Shown piece by piece: positions 43,896 to 55,870 of a stretch of 64,000 nt of DNA. Within the stretch, counting starts at the first letter, position 1, and each line of letters starts with the position of its first letter. The position numbers and the translations under genes are program-made. Origin of the DNA: Octopus vulgaris (Eukaryota); contig OX597821.1 of assembly GCA_951406725.2 (NCBI GenBank), forward strand, positions 83,204,001-83,268,000, written 5' to 3'. Below the pieces are notes generated by a model. It saw only the letters and a list, made by a program, of their open reading frames with translations, searched no databases and was not told where the DNA came from.

Positions 43896-44458
43896 GGTAC
43901 TTTTTGGTTATCTCACCCCCATTAAGAAAAGCGGGTTATCTTCCCCAACTGAAAAAAAAATTGTTTAACCCTCAATAAAACAACAAAAAAATAAAAAAGT
44001 TAATAAACTTGAAAAGTGAAATGAATAAACATCTTAGGGAATCTGAAAGTATTTTTATAACAAAATTTGATAAACATGTTTCGTTTTTGCATTTGGTTTG
44101 CAAGATTCTTTATATGAGTTCGTGTCTTGAAGCATATTCTGTTGTGTCTGGGGAGAGTCATTTTCTTTTTGTGCCTTATAATTTAACACACTCACCGGTA
44201 AAGTTTCCACTTATTTTTATTTTCCTAAACTTTTCAATCTTCAATAAACATGAAAACTGAAAAAATTAAACATCTTATTGAATCTAATAACATTTTTATA
44301 ACAAATCATACCATTCCTATTGAGGAGGCCAAAAATCAAAAGGATCTAAACCTTTTAATTCAGTCTCTTGTCGCCATATACACTTAACTTTTTAGTGGAG
44401 AGATAACCCAATTTTTTAATGGCAATTTTTAATGGGCGTGAGATAACCAGAAGGTACC
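43896..44458. mobile_element. MITE, Merlin-like (GGTAC ends, 8-bp TSD)
   Basis: TIRs GGTACTTTTTGGTTATCTCACCCCCATTAA / TTAATGGGCGTGAGATAACCAGAAGGTACC; TSD GCTCTATC / GCTCTATT. Confidence 0.8.
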
Positions 44459-44581
44459 GCTCTATTGGTTATATTTGCATTTATTAGTCATTGGATTACG
44501 ACCATGTTGGAGCAACGCCTTGGAGGTTTTTAGTGGAACAAATCGACCCTGGTACTTTTGTCTTTTTTTTTTTTAATTTGG

Positions 44582-44845
44582 GGATCTTGTTAAATTCCTT
44601 CCATCTCCGTAAAAGTTTCGTCTGCACAGACAAAATGTGAACAATCTGGAAATACGATTGGCTAAAATCGTAGAAATTTAGATGTTTGTTACTTCTTGAT
44701 TATTAATTTCTAGAAAAGAAAAAGGAAAATGAACTGGATTTTCGTCATCGGCATCCAAAACTACCCCAGAATAACAATTTTTGCAAATAATTTGCTGTAA
44801 AAAATTTTAAAACTTCAAGTGGTTAGAAGAAATGTAACAAGATCT
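44582..44845. mobile_element. Short MITE with GGATCTTGTTA-type ends inserted in a SINE
   Basis: GGATCTTGTTAAATTCCTTCC versus AGAAGAAATGTAACAAGATCT. SINE sequence continues on both sides; the TSD is not clean. Confidence 0.55.
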
Positions 44846-45214
44846 AAGTCTGGTACTTATTTTATCAGTCGCTTTTGCCGAATCACTAAGTTACGGGGAC
44901 TTAAACAAACCAGCACTAGAGATAGGAGACATGCACATACATACATACATACATACATACATACATACATACATACATGCATACATACATACATGCATAC
45001 ATACATGCATGCATACATACATACATACATACATACATACATACATACATACATACATACATACATACATACACGCGCTCACACATTTATTAATGTGATT
45101 TTAGAGGGATATATTATCCGGGCTGAAAGAAGGGTAATGACCCCCTTTGGTCATGAATGACAATGGGATTGCACCTAGAAGGTTACACTCCGACCACAAG
45201 ACGGCAGTGTCCCT

Positions 45215-45603
45215 TAATAAATATAGAAGGCCTGAAATTGTGTGGGGTGGGGGCAGTCGATTAGATCGACTCCAGTGTTTCACTGGTACTTAATTTATCG
45301 ACCTCGAAAGGATGAAAGGCAAAGTCGACCTTAGCGGAATTTGAACTCAGAACGTAAAGACGGACGAAATACCTATTTCTTTACTACCCACAAGGGGCTA
45401 AACACAGAGAGGACAAACAAGGACAGACAAACGGATTAAGTCAATTATATCGACCCCAGGGCGTAACTGGTACTTATTCAATCGACCCCGAAAGATGGAA
45501 AGGCAAAGTCAACCTCGGCGGAATTTGAACTCAGATCGTAGCGGCAGGCGAAATACCTCTAAGCATTTCGCCCGGCATGCTAACGATCCTGCCGGCTCGT
45601 CGC
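45215..45603 (-). mobile_element. SINE family B tandem dimer
   Basis: Same two-unit arrangement and junction (GAAATA-CCTATTTCTTTACTACC) as at 10720-11113. Confidence 0.75.
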
Positions 45604-46199
45604 TTTTAATGTCCCTTAATAAGTGTGTCTTCAGTTAGCAGTACTAATTCGTATTCTTCCTCTGGGTCTTCCTATGAGCCTTCCTGTGGAATTAAACTTC
45701 AAACCAGAGTCTTTTATATACGTAACTCAACTCTACGAGTGGAGTTAGTTTCTTGTCTTCGGTGGGACTGTATAACAAGATAAGTATCCAACATTAGGTA
45801 AATGCCAAGTTCATTTACCATGAGAACGGCGATAATCGCACATCTGGTGTTATTATCTGCTTCACATTATTCTGCTCTGACTAAGATCCGCTTAACTTTC
45901 ACATACTCTTATCATCAAATATAGCTTATCAAATTTGTCTTCCCAATCGAAATTTGCAGTTTTATTAACATTTTAAAAATAATTGTTTTTTCTCTGATCC
46001 ACCGCGATTATCTGGTGCAGTGGAGGTGCATTGTCGAAGTTAATTTTTTTATGGTGTTAAGCGGTTATTTAACACATTTGAAAGACCACTAGGCTATCCA
46101 GATTGTCCCCTTTGTGGGAAGATTTTTAGGCCAAAAGCCGACACATTACCTAGTCTTGTGAGGTTTGGTAGACAGAAACTGAAAGAAGTCCTTGACGAT

Positions 46200-46425
46200 A
46201 CGTGATGGTTGTAGATGAGTATTATCGTCATACAAGCGGGGCTGTTTGTTTCCAGTCTTCTGCGAAAACATGTTTGGCTATGGGGAAATATTACCTTGCT
46301 TGGAAACGAGTGAGAGTTGGTGATAGGAAGGCCATCCAGCCGTAAATAATCTGCCTGAAGAAATTCCGTCTGACACGTCCAAGCATGGAAAAGTGGACCT
46401 TAAATGATGATGATGATGATGATGT
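46200..46425 (+). mobile_element. SINE/LINE 3' fragment ending in (ATG)n (RTE-type tail)
   Basis: GGAAGGCCATCCAGCCGTA...AAGCATGGAAAAGTGGACCTTAAATGATGATG; similar tails at ~50230-50385 (+) and ~49345-49450 (-). Confidence 0.55.
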
Positions 46426-48178
46426 TCAGTGAGTTTGAATTCATTTAGGTAGATTTCCTCTGACAAGCTCTGTGGTTATTGACCCCCCCCCATCCAAAAA
46501 AAAGAAAAAGAAATAAAGAAAAAAAGGCACTATTGAACAGGTTTGCAGAGATTTTAATTAGCCTGTTTTGAATTAAGTATTTCAATATCAATTCTGCTTT
46601 AACAGAATCATTTGTTCCGAGTTTGTTTTATTTAGTTGCAGCAAAAAAAAAAAACAAAAAAACACAATAAAGAAAAAATGGAAACAATGTCGTTTGACAC
46701 ACATTTTCCAGGTTTCACTGTCATTTAAAGATCACCAGCTCACTAACACCCCTTCCTACGCTTAGCCTGACAACCTGTCCAGTAAATGAATATTGGAAAA
46801 TGAAATAAAATAAATGAAAATATGTAAAGTATGTGAACCACAAGCAACGAGAATATTTGTCATACATCAGGCTTTGTTTTGCTGGTAACAGATAACATTT
46901 CGTTGTTTACTCGCGTTTACAGAGTGAAATGGAAGCTGACGTAACTGTTTTTATTATTGTATCTACCAGCAATAAAATAAACACTAGTAATGTTATAACA
47001 TTAAGACAATGAACCTGGCAGAATTAATAACCTTACTTGTTCTTCGATTGAATTTACATACCAAGCCAGTGACATTACATTACGTCCTTTTTTTTAAAAG
47101 ATTAATGGCTTGACGTATCTACTTTTAAATAAGCACCGTGTGTAGAGATGTGATTGTCGTTGCTATGTCCCAGGTGGGACCCGTCCCGGGTTAACTCAAA
47201 GTAGACCCATGGTCAAAGGCGTTCCAGTTATGACCATCATGTGCTTTGAAAGAAATTCATTTGTTCCTCGCAGGTCGAGCGATTACGCAGATCTTTAGTT
47301 GGTTCATTGAGTTACAGAATATCGCTTTGGCAACAAGAAGTTGTATATATCTGGCAACACGGCTGGTGGACAGTGGCTATAGTACTGATGGGAATATTTA
47401 GGAATTAGAATTTGAATTAATCTATTGGATTTTACCGCTAACAAAATGAACAAAACGTAAAATTCAGAAAATCTTGTGTTAAAGAATAACATCAATTATT
47501 CAACTATGGTAGTAGTTGAATAATATTCTTACGGCCGCAATTTACTCACACGCAGCATCTTTCAGAGCTTGTCGCTAATTCAGTTCTTAACCAAATGGAA
47601 CACCATTAATATTTTTGAAGAGGACTGGTCCCTAGCTACATTTTGGCATAAAAAATTGAGATTTGGTTCAGTAGAAAAAAGTTTACATCAGAATTTGTAA
47701 CAACATTATAGGAGAGTAAGTAACACCTCCAATCAAGTTTAGATCTAAATAACTTTTTTAATTTAAAAGCAAAATATATTTATCTTAGCTTCAATTGAAG
47801 CATGAAGAACCTCATAGTTTTGATTCCATGCACCAAAAATTTGTATAAAAAAAATTGTGAGGTAAAATATTATGAAAACAGTATAAGTAAGGCAAAAAAA
47901 TTGGAATTAAGTATAATGAACTTCTTTATTTTCAAAACAAACCATATTCTAATTAAGCTTAAATGACAGAGCTCAATTCGAGGAATTTCATGGTATCAAT
48001 CTCATGCAATGAAGTTTTAAAAAAAGTTATGAGTATTTGTTTCTCAAATTTGAGGGTGATAATATAGTTCTATACTTTTTTATGGATATAGTTATATTGG
48101 AGACTTAATATGTCACCAACATCATTGAGGTCAGGAAAAATTATCAATGACACCACTAATTGACACATTATTAATTAG

Positions 48179-49015
48179 CATAATAACATAGCCTGGAAAA
48201 AAACATGGATTACATGGAAAAAAATGTGAGCAAGAGAAATAACATTCTTAAGATTATAAAGATGGAAAAGTACAGGACAAGTTATTACACTTGGAAAAGT
48301 TCAGGACAAGTTATTACATCTGGTAAAGTGCAGACCAAGAAAATTTTTACTTAAAATATTGCGGCTAAAGATAAAATTTGAATATCAAAAATTATTTGAT
48401 TGTAATTTACAAATTAAAATTATTAAAAATAGGTACCATCATATTGTTAAAATATTGACACATAAGAATACTTAAAAAATGAGAGCCAGAAGTACCAATA
48501 CAGCTAAAGTTTTATGCAAATTTGAACAGTATGTATGGTAGGCAAATTCATTATGTCAAAAAATAGGCATTGGGTCAAGACTAAAAATGTGAAGACTTGG
48601 CAATGACTTAGGCAATAACTGAATTTGTTATAGATTTTACTGTAATATATAACTAATTTTTGTATTATTCTATTTATTGTACTATCTAATTATGTTCTAT
48701 TATTTTTCAAATTTCTAATTATCAATTAATAATTTTAAAAATGAATTTTTTGAAGTGCAAAAATGTTTTAATAGAATTATTTTTTTTATTTTTAATAGAA
48801 GTAACATGTAATAACTTGTAATAAAATTTTTAGTTTTAATAAAAGCTAATATTTTCTAAATCTAAATATTTTATTTGAAATTTTATCCTTAGCTGCAATA
48901 TTTTAAATAAAAATTGTCTTGTTCTGTACTTTACCAGATGTAATAACTTGTCCAAGTTTATAATCCTAAGAATATTATTTCTCTAGCTCACATTTTTCTA
49001 TGTAATAAAGTCATG
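48179..49015. mobile_element. AT-rich foldback element with long imperfect TIRs (MULE/foldback-like)
   Basis: 48209-48400 is an inverted copy of 48858-49006. The left arm has an internal tandem subrepeat, GGAAAAGT(A/T)CAGGACAAGTTATTACA. A 9-bp direct repeat ATTAATTAG flanks the element at 48170-48178 and 49016-49024. Confidence 0.7.
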
Positions 49016-51334
49016 ATTAATTAGATCAACTAGAGACAAATTAGAAAGCAGAGATCTGATGGAGCACCCACTGTCTTTAATAGGCTCAAAGACATCCATT
49101 CTTGGAAGGTTGGTTTCTTCCTCCCAGTAATCAACGTAGAAATGATTGATAGGTTACAGCAGTTGCTAGCAAAGCATCAGTGTAGACTCAGAAAAAAGAA
49201 CTAGTTCAAAAATGCAAAGGTGATTTGCTAAAGACATACAAATACATTTGAAGTACTACCTAACAGTTACCATTTAGCAAATTGCATTCGTAAGATTTTG
49301 TCAACTTGAGACCAAGATAGAAAGTACTTGTCTAAAGATGTCACACATCATCATCGGTTAACGTCCGGTCTTCATGATGGCATAGGTTGGATGGCTTGAC
49401 ATGGAGCTGGCTACCAGAGTCCAACTGTCTTGTGGAATGGTTTCTACTGCAGAATGTGCTGAGTACTTTTTATGCATCAGTCACGAGTGCATTTACATGG
49501 CATTTGTGCATTAACACAGCACTGGCAAGGATGCTTTTTATATAACAGTGGCACCTGAAATGACAAGCCAATATGTGTGGAAGACAACGATTTTACTTAG
49601 CTTGACAGGTCTTAAGTACAGCAAACCACCACATCTCCCAGTCCCTTATCATTTCCTTCATGAGGCCCAGCATCAAAAGATCCTTTCTCACCACTTTGTT
49701 CCACGTCTTCCTGGATCTACCCCTTTGACAGGTACCCTCCACAATTTGAGCTCAGCACTTCTATATGCAGCTGTCCTCATTGCATGACCAAACCAGTAGT
49801 CTTCTCTCTTGCACAACATCTGACGCTGCTTTTGCAGTTTTCCCTCTTAAATCATTTACATTGTCATTACTCATCCAGCAGTGCACGCTAGCTTCATTTC
49901 TTTCAAATCTAACTGGAAACACGATTGGGAAGCCATGACAAGCAACACATAAGCCATGTTTTACTTAAGAATTTTTTTTTAAAGTAGGTAATGCAAAAGC
50001 AAATAGTAAGACTTATTTCATAATTCCTAACCTGTCTAGTGGTGACAATTTTTTACTATAACACACCCTATTGTGTGCATAGATATATATATATACACAT
50101 CCATTGAACAAGAACCTCACAAAGATGGAGGACTGAGGTATGTGGCATATTGCTGTAGTTTAAGGTCCACCCACTACAGGAGAATTGAGATCCTAAAAAC
50201 TAAGGTATCACTTAAAAAGCACCCAGTAGAGTGGTTGGCATTAGAAAGGGCATCCATCCACAGAAACCAAGCCAGAACAAACTATGGAACCTGGTGCAGC
50301 TTCTGGTCTTACCAGTTCATCAAGCTGTCCAGTCTATATAAGCAAGGGGAGAAAAAAAAAAAAAAAAACATTAACTGAAGATGGGATTAAAAAAAAAAAA
50401 AAGTTTATTTTTAATTTCAATGCCCTTGGGCACTTCCAATAATCGAAATCATTTCCTGTTTTCAGTCTATTCTTTGGTAATGGTGATCTGTGGAAACAGC
50501 ACTTGGTCCTCATTATGTCTCGGTTCTCTATACTAGTTTGAATGTTTCATGTCAATGCTTGCTGTTCAATATGTAATAGAAATTTTAAGGAGGTGAGGTG
50601 ACACACTGGGCAATATTGTCCTTTATATTCTGAGTTCAAATTCTGCCATGGTCAACTTTGTGAGAACTGATGGTGGGTCAATGTAATTGACTTACCTACC
50701 CCGTCCCCTAATCTTGCTAGCCTTGTGTTAAAATTTTAAACCAATATGTTATGAGTATTTATGGTAGCTCCCCATTTCCATTATACTGAAATACAAAAGA
50801 ATTTCTTCCTATAATTTTAATTTCTCCCATCATAATTAGCAGGAATCCAGAAATTTTTCCAAAGAATCAGATCTGGTGTGTGAAACTGAAAAAATCCAAT
50901 TATTGTACAAAGTCATTTCCTGAGGATGCATTCCAAATTTTTTTGACTTGAAACTTGGAAATAAAGGGAAAATATCTCTGCACTTTCACATACTTTACCA
51001 AAATGTTATTTTAATGACTTGGATATTAATTTTGTTCATTACTTGACTGGAGCAACCTATGAACATTATAATAGTGACCATCCAGTCTTTTCATATACTC
51101 ATAATGCAATTAATCTTTAATGTAGAAAAGGCATAAAGGGGCATTTCACTATTTTTTTAGTAAGCTAAACAACTCGAGACTTCTCAGTTGTTAGATACAA
51201 GAATACTTTGCATTTAAGTAAGACAAGGTTTCACAGACCTCTAGACCATCTGGTTAACAGTACATCATAATCTCAAACCTATTGGGTTACATCAATACAT
51301 ATTGACTCAGCAAATTAAAACAAGGAAAAGATAA

Positions 51335-51880
51335 AATATTTTCACAAGAAGTTTATTCAGAACCAAATACTCCAGTTGGTGTAAACTTGTTAAAAACAGG
51401 AATACAAAATATCATTGTTTTAAAAGGAGATATAGAAATCAAATGTTCTATAGAGTCAGTTATAGAAATGGTGAGAGAATCTTCAATCCTTTAGTTCAAT
51501 GTAAGAAATTTATTCCCAAGCTCATCTTGGACATGCTCCAAAAAGGAACGGATCATACCAAACTCAAAAGGCACAGAGTAGTTCCATAGCAGTAAAATAT
51601 TGTACAGTCTATTCCTGGTTAGAGCCAAACAGTATTCTTCCAGTGAAGAAAAGTATCCGTTTTGTCTTCCACTACAGTCCCCAGCATAAACAGAAGAGGG
51701 GACACTGGTATTGTCACTTGCTTTGGAGCAGAGCTGAGCCGTGGTAGGGATCCCACTTTTTTCTTGCTATATTTTCTGGTTTTGTGCCAAATAGCCAGTA
51801 CTGGTCTACCAGAGTAAAGTAGAACAAGCCAAGAGACCGAAAGAACCTGTTCTGCGCGCTCTTGCGGGAATGCCAATTTT
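51335..51880 (-). other. GADD45: Probable non-coding last (3' UTR) exon of GADD45 with polyadenylation signals
   Basis: GTAAGT donor at 52265, 36 nt after the stop, and a strong acceptor ttccttgttttcttttacag|A at 51881/51880. AATAAA occurs on the minus strand at 51514-51509 and 51357-51352, the latter followed by a U/GU-rich tract. Confidence 0.6.
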
Positions 51881-52301
51881 CTGTAAAAGAAAACAAGGAA
51901 TATATTACAATATAGCCAAAAATTCAAGATTCAAAACAAAAACAGCCTTTGACTTATTCTATTCAGAAGATTTTTTTTAAACCCAATAATTACATTTATT
52001 TATAGTTTCGACTATTTTGAATCATTCCATTCCCCTTGAAGTTTCTAGATTCTTACGATATAAAGGTTAATCAAACAATATATTTTATATACATTCAATC
52101 CAATTCTCTATAGTAATAAAGTAAATTATTCTGCAAGCAACTATGCTTATGTTAATATAAAGAAAGTCCAACACAGGAATGATTATCAATTTACCACGAT
52201 TATACTAGAGTAACAAGCAAACTGAATGATTTTTTTTTCAATTCAAAGAATTCAAAAATACTTACAGGCAATATAGATTTGGAGTAAATTGGTTATAAGA
52301 A

Positions 52302-52421
52302 TCATCCAGGGAGTTCAATAATAGGCTCGGACTCCCAGTCCACAAATACAGAGTTATAGTAATCAACAATTGACTGGTTCATCTTGCGGAATTCACATTT
52401 TTCGGCACAAGAGGTTGGAGC
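52302..52421 (-). CDS. GADD45: GADD45-family protein, coding exon 4 (APTSCAEKCEFRKMNQSIVDYYNSVFVDWESEPIIELPG*)
   Basis: Acceptor ttcttatgacag|GCT in phase 0 and TGA at 52304-52302. The C-terminal P.I.LP motif is typical of GADD45. Total CDS is 486 nt (161 aa). Confidence 0.9.
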   Translation of the reverse strand, partial: APTSCAEKCEFRKMNQSIVDYYNSVFVDWESEPIIELPG

Positions 52422-52697
52422 CTGTCATAAGAAAATGGCAAAATTGTATTTAAGAAAAGATGGAAGAATAATAACTTCTAAAGTTTAAAATTTAGCCCCC
52501 TGCAATATTAGATGCCTTCCGAATTTTATACCAGTTAATAATTAAGGATTAAATTGGAACTTTAAAACAATGATGTTGACTATATTTAAACAAGGATGGC
52601 TTAGTTTATTTTATTCTATTTTTTAAAAATTTACTGCTACTGATAAGACAAATTAAAAATATATATATATATATATATATAAAAAATGGATTCTTAC

Positions 52698-52911
52698 CTG
52701 GACCAGTACACAGCAGTAATCCCGATAATCCTCGTTGTCATTTGGATCCTCGTATCTGACAAGTGCTGACAATTTGTCAGTGCTGTCAACTTTTACAAGA
52801 TTAATGTCGTTATCACGACAAAAGGCTTCAACTAAAGTCTGTTGAATGCTGACCATAACGGACTGGTTCCGGTCTACTGGCAGAATGCAAAGCAGAACAA
52901 AATCTGGACCC
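52698..52911 (-). CDS. GADD45: GADD45-family protein, coding exon 3 (GPDFVLLCILPVDRNQSVMVSIQQTLVEAFCRDNDINLVKVDSTDKLSALVRYEDPNDNEDYRDYCCVLVQ)
   Basis: Acceptor tttttacag|G and donor CAG|GTAAG; 214 nt. Matches the GADD45/L7Ae core DPD.V.LC.L...I..TL..AFC.DNDINI..V.....L and D.HC.LV. Confidence 0.95.
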
Positions 52912-53519
52912 CTGTAAAAAATTTAAAAAAATTATAAGTATTTTTGCTAAATGTTCAAAGTAGATATAATTCTTAAAATTACAACCGCAATCTATTACCA
53001 ACATTAAAAAAAAATAATAATAAACAGACACGAGTGGCCCCTTTCGAGTAGCGAACCGCACTACTAAAAAAAGTAATGGTAATTTTTCGTTAGAGTGCCA
53101 TTCAAAAGAATTCCGTGAGCCGCAGGTGTAAAACTTACAAACTGCGAAAAGAGGGGGTGGGATGAATATTAAGAAAAAAAAATAGGCCGTGCACGTGATT
53201 AGATCACCGTAATTAATAAAAATAAATAAAAACACGTGCAAAAGTTCTCAGGGTAGGTCTGTTAGCTATAGAATAATAAAAGTGTCACGAGAATATTTAC
53301 TCTCAAGATTCCAGAACAAACCAGAAAACTTGTTTCGTCCGGTGCTAAATAAAGCTGTCGACACCGTATTAGCTATTTATAGACCATTAATAGCTATAAA
53401 AAAAATAGCTGTTGGCAAGGATTTCTACATTTCACGTAGTAAAAACAAGTCCCAAGACTTGATATTTATTTTTAAAATTTAAATATAGAAAAAAAGTGAG
53501 GAGGGAAAAAAAAGCTTAC

Positions 53520-53624
53520 ATTTCCAGTAATTTGACGGAGCTCGCCACACCGCAGGTCAGTCTGCCCTCAGACTTGGATTTAAGGATTAACTCGCTCAAA
53601 GCTTGGCCGATATCCATGTTGTTC
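53520..53624 (-). CDS. GADD45: GADD45-family protein, coding exon 2 (RNNMDIGQALSELILKSKSEGRLTCGVASSVKLLEM)
   Basis: Acceptor tttatttcattcgcag|G and donor AT|GTAAG; 105 nt. The peptide matches the GADD45 motif AL.ELL..A....RLT.GV.E.AKL. Confidence 0.93.
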
Positions 53625-54160
53625 CTGCGAATGAAATAAAAAAAAACACATTTCAAGGTAACTGAAAATAAAGCTGTAAGACACATGACAACCAAGTTGG
53701 CAGGAATACAAAACTGCAAAAAGTAAATCTCGACTGATCCAGGGGCATGGGGATTTGAACAACTGTTTCTATACACACGTAGATCTGGTGACATTTAACG
53801 AACTTTAACGTTATAAGCCACGCTATACCAACGCATAAAAATGTAAATATTCCATGCAACCAAGATCAAAGTATTGGCAGTTCATGATCGACATACACCA
53901 AGTTACCCAAAGAGAAAATTTAATAATTAGGCACAGTTAAGCCTCTTAACCAATGCTAGATATCCTTCCAGTTCCTTTATGTAAAAAAGAAAAAAAAACT
54001 ATCGCTAGTAGTAATTTGATTTTAAAAAGTACTATTCTTAACCGTTAACAATTTCTAAAATATTTTATAAACTAAAGTTCCATACCTAAAATATGTACGA
54101 TTACACTATAATGAGCTCTGACCCGGTTCTCAACAGATAAAAACTTGCTGTCACATGTTT

Positions 54161-54190
54161 GAATTTTCCCCAGACTTCCAGGAAAACCCC
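54161..54190. promoter_or_regulatory. Second NF-kB/STAT composite in GADD45 intron 1
   Basis: GAATTTTCCCC 54161-54171, then TTCCAGGAA 54176-54184 overlapping GGAAAACCCC 54181-54190 (GGGGTTTTCC on the minus strand). Confidence 0.5.
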
Positions 54191-55595
54191 CTCCCCACCA
54201 TTCAACCGAAAAGCCAGAGTTGAAGTCAGCTGCAAAAATTTTAAACTTTATGCAGCCATCTCCGGTTCTAAACTTTCGTATACTTCAAATTTTGTACAAT
54301 AAATTCATATTAAAATTTAAGGAGGAAAAAAAGCCGTTGCACACACGCACTTTCACTGGATAGAAAGAAAAAAATGTAGCACACACGCACGTTTCACCTA
54401 ATAAAGAAATACCGTTGAAACTCGACGACGATTTCCCGTTAAAAAAAAACTCAATATCCCGATCTTTGTAAATATGAAATGTTTGCACGCGCACACACAA
54501 AAACCTTTTAATTAGTCAAGTTCCTTAGTATGTACTTTTGTCATTAACAGTTAAATGACAAAAGTACATTAACGAATGCGTCAGTTTAAAAGTATTTTGT
54601 GCAAAACTATACTAAAAACTAATATTTAATTTCAACAATTTAAACAAATACATACAACTGCGTCGTCTATCAGATTAATATTCGAACCCCGTCTCCCACC
54701 TTATTCTTATTATTCAAACTGGTTAGGTCTAGTAAGTACATAGTCCATCGTGGCACACGCGTAGGTGTGTGAGTCCCGGACACAGAGATAAACGAAATCT
54801 CGGCTGACTATTGCGCCATATGACGCAAGAAAAGCAGAGCACGAACACACAGACACAAAGCGAAAAGTTGTCTGACAGAAAACAAAGTGGAGTCAAAAAA
54901 GATGAATTTCACGGATACACGTGGACATTATGGGGGAAATGGAAAGAAAGAAAAGAAAGTGATGCAATTATTCTGTTAATTTTTGTGTTTCAATTACTGG
55001 TCTGCATCCATGCTAGAGCGCCTTTCTAGACAAAGACCGGTCAAAATCCAGGCCCTAACAAAATATCTGCACGAACCTCACCTCCACCTTAACCAGATCG
55101 CAATTAAATTACATATAATACATTCATGTATGTATATAGCATACACACGTTTATACACGACCTCAACTCGTAACAAAGAGAAAACTCTGAAAATGACGTT
55201 GGTTGCATTGTTCGCTCTCGCACTGAAGATCAGGGCATTGTCTCAGCAGGGCCTTATCTTAAAGTTCACAAACACCTCCACGAACACCTCGAGATTTTTT
55301 GAAAAGAAGTTTCGAGCAAACTCGCATCTACACACCGCGTGCACACACACATTATATAATGTGCACAAAGAATTCAAAATACGGTTACATGTATGTTATT
55401 TATAAATACCGCAGAAGCAACCAGCGTATATATAAACTATATATATAATAAAAAATTATGTCATAAATTCTATTTAATCCTCGCAGGATACTATGTAGGT
55501 ACCTATAAGGAACCTTGGTAATCGCTGCAGAATATATTCACAAAAACAAAGCGGAGGGGGTAAAAAAAAAAAAAAAAAATAGATCAATTAATTAC

Positions 55596-55642
55596 CTTTC
55601 TTTTGATTGCATGGGTTTTTCAGAATCTTCAGGCAAAATCAT
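55596..55642 (-). CDS. GADD45: GADD45-family protein, coding exon 1 (MILPEDSEKPMQSKE + AG)
   Basis: ATG at 55642 in ACAACATG context with no upstream ATG in the leader. Donor AG|GTAAT at 55596/55595, phase 2, which joins exon 2 in frame. A short phase-2 first coding exon is also the vertebrate GADD45 layout. Confidence 0.82.
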
Positions 55643-55799
55643 GTTGTGATTTAAGAATGACAGTTTGCAAAGTAATGTATAAGTCCGTAAGATAAAAATC
55701 AAGATTCGGTTAATTGGAAATATCCAAGTTGGTTGTAACAAAGCGCTCAGTTCGTCGTAAGAGAAGAAAATTGCTTGCGACTCGTTGAATGAGAGAAAA

Positions 55800-55870
55800 G
55801 ATGTGACAATGGAAAGGATAGCGCGGCTGCTTATATAGCAGTTGAGATTTGCTGGCTTCTGATTGGTCAA
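55800..55870 (-). promoter_or_regulatory. GADD45 core promoter: CCAAT box, TATA box, Inr-like start
   Basis: On the minus strand: GACCAATCAG (CCAAT 55866-55862), TATATAA (55837-55831) and Inr-like CCATT about 27 nt downstream (~55810). An ATG-free ~165-nt leader then runs to the start codon. Confidence 0.75.

Noticed and set aside
52299-52304. Stop-codon readthrough or selenocysteine at the GADD45 TGA
   Set aside because: The protein ends at the family-typical position, the context is not TGA-CTA, an in-frame TAA follows within three codons, and I saw no SECIS.
52422-52697. p53 response element in intron 3, as in mammalian GADD45A
   Set aside because: No paired RRRCWWGYYY found; only an isolated half-site GGACATGCTC near 51529 in the 3' UTR.
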